A stretch of DNA of 23,448 nucleotides, from contig JBAXWY010000047.1 of NCBI GenBank assembly GCA_037128175.1, positions 1-23,448 on the forward strand, written 5' to 3'. The notes under the pieces are model-generated. The model was not told the origin of the DNA. It saw only the letters and a program-made list of their open reading frames with translations, and searched no databases. Positions 16,672 to 23,448 of this stretch are shown piece by piece; the stretch's first letter is position 1, and every line of letters starts with the position of its first letter. The DNA is from Methanothrix sp. (lineage in GTDB: Archaea; Halobacteriota; Methanosarcinia; Methanotrichales; Methanotrichaceae). Both the position numbers and the translations under genes were made by a program.

Positions 16672-17715
16672 TTAAGCCACCTCCCTGATCTTCTCCAAGA
16701 TTGAATCCAGCCTGATCAAATTTCCTCCGTAGCGGCAGACCAGCTCTACCGGCCTGCAGCCACTGGCCAGGCGAATGTCTTCACGCATCTGTCCGTTGCT
16801 CATCTCCACACAGATGAACTTAGAGCCCTTCTCCGCCAGGGCGCGAACGGCCTTTTCCGGGAAGGGGAAGAGCGTGATGGGCCGGAAGAGACCGGCCTTG
16901 ATCCCCTCCTTTCGAGCGGCATCTACGGCAGACCTTGCGATCCTGCTGCTGATGCCGTAGGAGACCAGCACAACACTGGCATCCTCCAGCCGATAGCCCT
17001 CCCATGCCACTTCATTCTCTTTTATGAGTTCATACTTCTCTTGCAGCTTGTAGTTGTGCTTCTCTAAATCATCGAAGTTGAGCATAATTGAGGTTACCAG
17101 ATTTCCTCTGGTCTCGGCCCGACCATTCACAGCCCAGGTGGTGTCGATCTTAGGTGCAAGCGCCTCTTCTGGAAACTCCAGAGGCTCAACCATATGCCCC
17201 AGCACTCCGTCCGCCAAAATCACGACGGGATTTCTGTACTTAAAGGCCAGGTCGAAACCCTTCCGGGTTAAGTCGCACATCTCCTGCACGCTTGCCGGGG
17301 CTAAAACGATGTTGTGATAGCAGCCATGCCCGCCGCTCTTGCAGGCCTGATTGTAGTCCGACTGCTCGGGCCCGATGTTGCCCAGACCCGGCCCCGCCCG
17401 GCAGATATCGACAATAACGCAGGGTAGCTCTGCACCCGCAATGTAGGTTATCCCCTCCTGCTTCAGGCTCATGCCCGGGCCGGAAGAGGCCGCAAGCACG
17501 CGGTGTCCTGCGGCTGCCGCCCCGTAGACCATGTTGATTGCTGCTTCTTCCGATTCCGCCTGCACGAACTTGCGGTCAACCATCGGGAAATAGCGAGAGG
17601 CTTCGTGCAATATCTCGCTGGCAGGAGTAATGGGGTAGCCAAAGAAGCAGTCACATCCTGCATAAAGAGCGCCAACGATAACGGCGCTATTTCCAGCCAC
17701 TAATTGAGACGCCAT
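16672..17715 (-). CDS. vorB: 2-oxoacid:ferredoxin oxidoreductase alpha-type subunit (VorB-like)
   Basis: Motifs [30 protein letters not shown] and VEMSNGQM. Confidence 0.9.
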   Translation of the reverse strand: MASQLVAGNSAVIVGALYAGCDCFFGYPITPASEILHEASRYFPMVDRKFVQAESEEAAINMVYGAAAAGHRVLAASSGPGMSLKQEGITYIAGAELPCVIVDICRAGPGLGNIGPEQSDYNQACKSGGHGCYHNIVLAPASVQEMCDLTRKGFDLAFKYRNPVVILADGVLGHMVEPLEFPEEALAPKIDTTWAVNGRAETRGNLVTSIMLNFDDLEKHNYKLQEKYELIKENEVAWEGYRLEDASVVLVSYGISSRIARSAVDAARKEGIKAGLFRPITLFPFPEKAVRALAEKGSKFICVEMSNGQMREDIRLASGCRPVELVCRYGGNLIRLDSILEKIREVA

Positions 17716-17719
17716 TTAT

Positions 17720-19618
17720 TCAGTTCTCCTCTGTTTTCTCTTTCTGGGGCACATGAACCTCAACGGCCAGCGGCTCAGGGCAGGTGTAATAGCATGCTGC
17801 GCAGCCAATGCAGCCGTCCCCGGAATAGAGCACATAGTGATAGCCACGGGAATTGAGCTCTTCGCCCATCTTCAATACATCCACAGGACAGGCCTCAATA
17901 CACCGCTCGCATGCTTTGCATTCCAGGGCATTTATTATTGGATAGGGCTTGTCTTTGTCCCTGATCTCCACCCGCCGGATCTTCCCGCTTATGGTCTTGG
18001 GCAGCTCCTCTACGAACTCGATGATCCTCGGATACTTGTAGGGCGCAGTGACCAACTTTACGTGGTCTTGCAGCTCCTTTTTCAGCTCCTCGGTGGCGGC
18101 ATAACCGCGGGCGAGAACAATGGTTGCCTTCACTACCTGTCCCCGAATGGAGTCAGGCACACCGGTAATTGCCACCTCCATCACAGAAGGGTGAGACATG
18201 AGGGCGCTTTCCACCTCGAATGGGCCTACCCGGTAGCCGGAACTCTTGATCATGTCGTCCGTTCGGCCTATGAACCAGAAGAATCCGTCCTCGTCTTGCC
18301 AGGCGGTGTCTCCGGTATGGTAGTAATCGTCATGCCAGGTGCTCTTGGTCTTGTCCGGATCGGAATGGTAATCGGTGAAAAGGCCGACGGGCTTTCCCTT
18401 GTCCGTCTTGATCACAATCTCGCCCTCTTCGCCCACCTCGCATAATTTATCGTTCTTGCCCACCAGTACTATCTCGAATCCCGGTGCGGGCTTGCCCATG
18501 GAGCCGGGCTTGGGATTCATCCAGGGATAGTTGGCAATGCAGACCACAGTCTCCGTCTGGCCGAATCCTTCCATGAGCCTTAGACCCGTGGTCGCGAGGA
18601 AGCTCTCATAAACAGATGCATTGAGCGGCTCACCTGCCGTGACCGCGTATTTAAGCCGGGAGAAGTCGTATCTGGACATGTCGCTCTTGATCATGAACCT
18701 GAAGATGGTCGGCGGAGCGCAGAAGGTCGTCACTCCATATTTGCCCATCTCGTCCATCATCTTCCCGGCGTCAAATCGATCATAATCGTAGACGAAGACC
18801 GCCGAGCCGGCCAGCCATTGGCCATAGATCTTGCCCCAGGCGCATTTGGCCCATCCCGTATCCGCCACGGTGTAATGAAGCCCGTCGTCATCCACATTCT
18901 GCCAGTACTTGGCAGTGAGGATATGGCCCAGGGGATAAGTCTGATCGTGTTTGACCAGTTTTGGATATCCGGTAGTTCCAGATGTAAAGTAGCCGAGGAG
19001 GATGTCCTCATTTCTCGTCGCCTGCTCTCCTGTCGGGCGAACGAATTCTGCCGATGCCTCCTCTAGCTCCTTATTGAAATTGATCCAGTCCTCGCGCACA
19101 TTGTCAGCACTTCCTGCAACGGCTTTGACCAGAGAAATATTGCCCAGACCCTTTTGGGCCGCATCGAACTCGTCCGGCACCCCGTTCTCTGCTATGCAAA
19201 TGATCATCTTCAGATCTGCCTTCTTGATGCGATAGACAAAGTCCTTGGCCTTGAGCATATGCGTGGAGGGAATGGAGACGGCCCCAATCTTGTTTAAGCC
19301 CACCATGCAGACCCAGAACTCCCAGCGGCTCTTGAGGGTAAGCATGACAGTATCCCCTTTTTGCAGTCCATATTTAGAAAAGAGATTGGCGGCCCGATCA
19401 CTCAGGATCTTCAGATCTTTGAAGGTGATGATCAACTCTTCACCGTGATCATTGCACCAGACTAGGGCGCGCTTATCAGGATTTTCTGCGGCATAGGCAT
19501 CAACTACATCGTAAGCAAAATTGAAGTTCTCGGGAACCAGGATCTTCAGATTTTCTTTAAAATCCTCGTATGATTTGTAATCGACCCGAGAGACGAACTT
19601 GGACAGTAATGACGACAT
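17720..19618 (-). CDS. AMP-forming acyl-CoA synthetase with a C-terminal fused 2[4Fe-4S] ferredoxin (VorC-like)
   Basis: Motifs [28 protein letters not shown] and [10 protein letters not shown], then in frame [12 protein letters not shown] and [12 protein letters not shown]. Confidence 0.92.
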   Translation of the reverse strand: MSSLLSKFVSRVDYKSYEDFKENLKILVPENFNFAYDVVDAYAAENPDKRALVWCNDHGEELIITFKDLKILSDRAANLFSKYGLQKGDTVMLTLKSRWEFWVCMVGLNKIGAVSIPSTHMLKAKDFVYRIKKADLKMIICIAENGVPDEFDAAQKGLGNISLVKAVAGSADNVREDWINFNKELEEASAEFVRPTGEQATRNEDILLGYFTSGTTGYPKLVKHDQTYPLGHILTAKYWQNVDDDGLHYTVADTGWAKCAWGKIYGQWLAGSAVFVYDYDRFDAGKMMDEMGKYGVTTFCAPPTIFRFMIKSDMSRYDFSRLKYAVTAGEPLNASVYESFLATTGLRLMEGFGQTETVVCIANYPWMNPKPGSMGKPAPGFEIVLVGKNDKLCEVGEEGEIVIKTDKGKPVGLFTDYHSDPDKTKSTWHDDYYHTGDTAWQDEDGFFWFIGRTDDMIKSSGYRVGPFEVESALMSHPSVMEVAITGVPDSIRGQVVKATIVLARGYAATEELKKELQDHVKLVTAPYKYPRIIEFVEELPKTISGKIRRVEIRDKDKPYPIINALECKACERCIEACPVDVLKMGEELNSRGYHYVLYSGDGCIGCAACYYTCPEPLAVEVHVPQKEKTEEN

Positions 19619-19639
19619 TTTACCCTTCCTCTCTCCTAC

Positions 19640-20194
19640 CTACATGACCACAGCCAGCAGCTTCACCGGCTTGTCGTTTAGGGCTTGCATGAAGTGATCA
19701 TAAGACGAATCAAAGAATATGGAGTCTCCAACGTTTAGCACTACATCGTTGTCATGAATAGTGATCTTTAGAGTCCCCTCTAGCACATATTCAAACTCCT
19801 GGCCCGGATGACTGTAGAATGATGGGCTGCCCTTGCGAGGATCGATAGTGACTATAAACGGCTCAGCTTTTTTATGAGCGAACTTTCTGGCCAGGCTCTG
19901 GTAGTGGTATTGCTTTCTGCGCTCCACTTCCACCGCCTCGCCCTTTCGGGTAATGGTGAATATGCTCATCTTGGACTCTTCACCAGTGAGCAGCAGGCCG
20001 GTGTCTACGTTGAGTTTTCGCGCAATGCCGATGAGAATGCTGGCGGGAATGTCCAGCTTTCCATCTTCATAGCAGTTGTATGTCCCCACAGGCACATTAA
20101 GATGCTCTGCCATCTCCTCGGACGATACCAGATTTAGCTCCCTCAGCTCACGAAGACGTGAACCTATTTCATCAAGCCTCTCCTTCATACTCAT
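19640..20194 (-). CDS. XRE-family HTH transcriptional regulator with cupin domain
   Basis: N-terminal [21 protein letters not shown]; C-terminal [21 protein letters not shown] cupin. GAGGA RBS-like sequence before the ATG. Confidence 0.93.
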   Translation of the reverse strand: MSMKERLDEIGSRLRELRELNLVSSEEMAEHLNVPVGTYNCYEDGKLDIPASILIGIARKLNVDTGLLLTGEESKMSIFTITRKGEAVEVERRKQYHYQSLARKFAHKKAEPFIVTIDPRKGSPSFYSHPGQEFEYVLEGTLKITIHDNDVVLNVGDSIFFDSSYDHFMQALNDKPVKLLAVVM

Positions 20195-20206
20195 TCCTCA
20201 GCGCAT

Positions 20207-20233
20207 TGTGACTGCCTCACATGCATATTTTAA
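20207..20233 (-). promoter_or_regulatory. TATA-like box plus inverted repeat (candidate operator) upstream of the XRE-acs-vor operon
   Basis: Minus-strand TTAAAATA at 20226-20233. TGTGA-N5-TCACA palindrome at 20207-20221 between the TATA box and the start codon. Confidence 0.45.
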
Positions 20234-20373
20234 TCTATCCATGAGCGATTTCATGCCGGGATTGCTGAAATTCAAAATATTGAAGAATTGAAACGCCAGG
20301 ATCACAGAAAAAACAGGGTAAACCAGCTTCGCGGCAAAAATAGAATGTGTTAATTGCAGAGACTAATCAAGCC

Positions 20374-20739
20374 TCAGGAGGTCCAGTCGTCCTCATCAAG
20401 CCAGTTTTGGGCTTTTTTCTTTGAGCTTACCGGGCTTTTTATCTGAGATTGTCCTGAAAAATTGAGCGATGCGGATCGGTAGCCGGAATTTCCTCGCATC
20501 AGATTGTAGGCAATCTCCGGATCAAGCCCGTGCTTATTCAAATATGCATCGCGGGAGAGATGCTCCCCCATTCCGGAAATGTATATCGGATCGCCGATAA
20601 TTGGGGTAATTTTTCCAGCGGGCAAAATCCATTCGAAACCCTGAGGAAGTGCACATTGCAGCCAATCGCTATTGCTTTCCAGATCTTCTTTGGATGCCTG
20701 ATTTACAACTCCGCAGTTTCTACAGATGAACTTCTTCAT
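20374..20739 (-). CDS. Hypothetical protein with N-terminal CxxC
   Basis: 121-aa ATG ORF filling the gap; CRNC near the N-terminus; TATA-like TTATATATA about 25-33 nt upstream. Confidence 0.7.
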   Translation of the reverse strand: MKKFICRNCGVVNQASKEDLESNSDWLQCALPQGFEWILPAGKITPIIGDPIYISGMGEHLSRDAYLNKHGLDPEIAYNLMRGNSGYRSASLNFSGQSQIKSPVSSKKKAQNWLDEDDWTS

Positions 20740-20900
20740 ATCAGTTTAATAAGTCCATAACAGTATATATAATTTACTTAACAAATATTTTAATTGCGGC
20801 ACCATCATTTTTTATATAGGAATACTGATTATGATATTATTGAGCATAAATGATTTATCTCGTTGGGGCAGATTAATGTGATGAAAAAAGGTGTTTTTAA
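20740..20900. promoter_or_regulatory. AT-rich divergent promoter region
   Basis: TATATATAA at 20764-20772 (likely for the minus gene), TTTTTATATA at about 20809-20818 (likely for the plus gene) and AGGTG RBS-like sequence before 20901. Confidence 0.5.
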
Positions 20901-21527
20901 ATGAGATCAAGCTATTTACTTCTCGGTTTAATGGCGCTAGCTTGCCTTCTGGTTCAAGCCTGTGCGCTGGGACAGACCCCGGAGCTGGATCAAAACAAAG
21001 TGGATCAAATGAATACGCAGATCCTTGGTGAGAAAAAGACAGAAACAAACAGCTATAAGGGCCAGCCCTGGGCAACTTCATCGCTTAATGATTCCAATAA
21101 GAAAACCTCATCGGTAGAATCTATCTCTGCCGTCCAGGTCTCTTTGGTACAAGGCCAGTCATCCGACTACCTGGGTTCGGCCGATTCCTTCCTTAAGGCG
21201 GCAACGAACAATGGTTTCTATCTCCTGAGCGTTGCACAGTTCCTTAACAAATCCGGCACGGATAAGAACTGGGCCATTGTGGACGTTAGGCCGGCACAGC
21301 TATACCTAGGCGGCCACATTCCAGATGCATTGAACATCCCCTTGGAAAATCTGATATCACAGATGGGCATGATTCCTGCCGGCCAGAAGGTTGCCGTCTA
21401 TTGCGCGATTGATACCAATGCAGCATTTGCCGTTCAGACGCTGAGAGTCTATGGCGGTCGCGATGCATTTGTCCTCTCGGGCGGAATTGCTACCTGGCAG
21501 GCGGCGGGGATGCCTGTAGTCACTTAG
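20901..21527 (+). CDS. Exported rhodanese-domain protein
   Basis: Signal peptide MRSSYLLLGLMALACLLVQACA; rhodanese motifs IVDVRP, YLGGHIPDALNIP, VAVYC and LSGGIATW. Confidence 0.9.
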   Translation: MRSSYLLLGLMALACLLVQACALGQTPELDQNKVDQMNTQILGEKKTETNSYKGQPWATSSLNDSNKKTSSVESISAVQVSLVQGQSSDYLGSADSFLKAATNNGFYLLSVAQFLNKSGTDKNWAIVDVRPAQLYLGGHIPDALNIPLENLISQMGMIPAGQKVAVYCAIDTNAAFAVQTLRVYGGRDAFVLSGGIATWQAAGMPVVT

Positions 21528-21624
21528 ATTAATTCCAGAGCATTACCAGATGTTTGGGTTTATCACTCAATAAATTTTTTTTCGATCGTAAATGTTATAA
21601 ACTTTAAAAAATATCTGTTTATGT

Positions 21625-22680
21625 ATGAAGGACTTTGCAGGATCGAGCATGACTTACTACGGTCTGGCTCGCGAAAGATTGATGAATAAATATCCCAGGC
21701 TGCTCAGTGTTCTCGTGATACTATCTTTGATCTGCATGACCGGCCTGGCCTTATTTATCATATCCGATCTCGTCTCTTTTGCCTCGAATTCGGATCGTAA
21801 TGGCGTTCTAGTCGACCTTGATCTCAAGGGTCCGGAAAACGGCAACATATCTATGACGAACGGTAAGGAGAAGAGCGAAAATATTAGCGCCAATTCTGAG
21901 AACCTGAGCCGTCAGACCAAGGGACAAAACTTTGCCAACCTATCTGCAAGCAAATCATCGAGCAGCAGCTCCCGGAATTCTGTTGATGAAAAGAGCGGCA
22001 ACTCTCCCGTTATAAAACATCATAGTTCATCCTCATCGTCTTCCTCTTCGTCGTCTTCTGCAAAGTCGGCAAAAAAAAGCAACGACAAGAATAACCTTAC
22101 AAATCAATCGATGAACAATTCTCAAGGAAACGAATCGGGATTCGTAAATGCTACCAGCAGTGTGGATCTTCCACTGATAGATGCTGCAAAGAGCGCGATC
22201 GCAAACAGCGGTAATATTTCCAACGAGGGGCAAAGTAGCGTCCTATCCGATCAAGAACGTGCAAATTCTCAAATATCCAATGACTCCGAGGTCGCGCCCA
22301 CCGCAATTCTTGCATCCTCGCCATCGGTTGCCGTCAGCAGTATCGCCAATCCATCCAAGGACACCCCTGCAAGAGAGCCTGTATCAATAATCAAGTTCAA
22401 AACAAAAGCGACTCTTAGCCCGAAATCTGATCAAGGCCAAAATCCGGATAACGGGGGAAATACCGCTAGCGCGACTGTCTCAGGTAATAGTAATAAAGCT
22501 CAAAGTTCAAAAAATGTAGGAACGAAGAGCGTTTCTTCGCAAAAGAGCAAAGTGACAGCCTCCAGCCAAGTCAAGAAAACACAGGAAGCCAGAGCTAAGC
22601 AGAAATCCAATAGAGATCAGATTGTGGCGAACATGAAGAAGAAAGCGGCTCAATCGCGGGCCAAAGCTAGCAAAAAATAG
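21625..22680 (+). CDS. Membrane-anchored Ser/Asn/Lys-rich low-complexity protein (start may be 21682)
   Basis: One N-terminal hydrophobic helix, poly-Ser tracts, many N-x-S/T sequons and a basic C-terminus; TTATAAA box at about 21595-21601. Confidence 0.75.
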   Translation: MKDFAGSSMTYYGLARERLMNKYPRLLSVLVILSLICMTGLALFIISDLVSFASNSDRNGVLVDLDLKGPENGNISMTNGKEKSENISANSENLSRQTKGQNFANLSASKSSSSSSRNSVDEKSGNSPVIKHHSSSSSSSSSSSSAKSAKKSNDKNNLTNQSMNNSQGNESGFVNATSSVDLPLIDAAKSAIANSGNISNEGQSSVLSDQERANSQISNDSEVAPTAILASSPSVAVSSIANPSKDTPAREPVSIIKFKTKATLSPKSDQGQNPDNGGNTASATVSGNSNKAQSSKNVGTKSVSSQKSKVTASSQVKKTQEARAKQKSNRDQIVANMKKKAAQSRAKASKK

Positions 22681-22736
22681 CCTTGACAAGAAACTGCCTG
22701 CTCCTAGATCCAACTCTGCAAAGAATCCTCGGCAAG

Positions 22737-22772
22737 GCGGATCTGCATTAAAGGAATGCATCCGCTTTTTTT
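22737..22772 (+). terminator. Hairpin plus T7 intrinsic terminator between convergent genes
   Basis: GCGGA(TC)TGCATT-AAAGG-AATGCATCCGC followed by TTTTTTT (22766-22772). Confidence 0.65.
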
Positions 22773-22777
22773 CAAAT

Positions 22778-23245
22778 TTATTGCTTGGAGATCCTCATGA
22801 TGCATCCGTCTTGTGTATGCTCTACATCGAGCTTCATCTTCAGGTCGGAGAATACCTTTCGCCAGTGGCTTTCCACACAGGTCTTGCAGTGCTCCTTGGC
22901 GATCAGGCTGGCCCCCACGCGAGCAAAGGATTTGGCACCTTCCATCAAGCCGCAACGGCTGCGTTTGATCTCCACAAAGCCATCTTTCTGTGTAACCACC
23001 ACCACGCTTCCGAAGAGGTTCTTGTCGTTGGTTGCCATGGCCATGGCCACATCTTCTGGCTTCTCCAGGCCCAATTGCTTGAAGGTGGCCGCCACCTGGC
23101 GAGCGCCATTGCCCTGAAACTCGCGCAGACCATTTTTTCCCAGCTTGCGGGCTACGTATCCGCTGCTGCCATAGAAGCTGCCCATCCACATGGCCACTAC
23201 ACGTTGCTGAATCTGTTCCAGGGGAATATCAGGGACGTCTGTCAT
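22778..23245 (-). CDS. Hypothetical protein, possibly V4R/ATC-hydrolase-like fold with four Cys
   Basis: 155-aa ORF with pattern VEIKRSRCGL..HCKTC..DGCIMRI. AAAAG-TATTATAA promoter about 26 nt upstream of the ATG. The fold call is pattern-based only. Confidence 0.7.
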   Translation of the reverse strand: MTDVPDIPLEQIQQRVVAMWMGSFYGSSGYVARKLGKNGLREFQGNGARQVAATFKQLGLEKPEDVAMAMATNDKNLFGSVVVVTQKDGFVEIKRSRCGLMEGAKSFARVGASLIAKEHCKTCVESHWRKVFSDLKMKLDVEHTQDGCIMRISKQ

Positions 23246-23448
23246 GCTGTTTTAACTTCGCGGGAGGGCATTATAATACTTTTGCGTCCCATCGTTGCTC
23301 ATATTAATTAGATCCTTACATCACTTCATAATGCAATTAAGAATACCCATTTCATAGATACTTAGAGGATCATCATGAATATATTTCATTCTCTTGAGGA
23401 TTCCTATAAACCTGCCCAATTATTAATATGCAAAAGTATATATAGTAT

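Noticed and set aside
17753-18445. 230-aa plus-strand ORF (and similar short ORFs across 12872-19448)
   Set aside because: Antisense or out-of-frame shadows of the ATPase, vor and synthetase genes.
22704-23311. Alternative ORFs 22704-23189 (-) and 22781-23311 (+)
   Set aside because: They overlap the better-supported 22778-23245 ORF, which has a properly spaced TATA box and a protein-like Cys pattern.
1-23448. CRISPR array, rRNA, tRNA or DNA-level tandem repeats
   Set aside because: None seen; the repeats found are diverged and visible only at the protein level.

Overview
Archaeal DNA, probably from a methanogen. A Methanothrix/Methanosarcinales-like host is inferred from gene content and BRE/TATA promoters, not verified. 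From left to right: (1) the right end of an IS200/IS605-type element, then rnhB and a class V PLP aminotransferase; (2) a tightly coupled four-gene operon (about 2100-9622) encoding a 1.2-kaa secreted beta-repeat protein, a related single-pass membrane protein, a polytopic membrane protein and a long, divergent tubulin/FtsZ/CetZ-family GTPase; (3) an exported thioredoxin-fold protein and a TlpA-CcdA fusion; (4) on the minus strand, an XRE-cupin regulator, an acyl-CoA synthetase fused to a 2[4Fe-4S] VorC-like ferredoxin, vorB, vorA, a Na,K-ATPase-like P-type ATPase and a small duplicated Cys/His protein; (5) several hypothetical or exported proteins. The best candidate for an undescribed system is the tubulin-linked trans-envelope operon. 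No CRISPR array, tRNA or rRNA was seen. All family calls come from motif recognition by eye; no searches were run.
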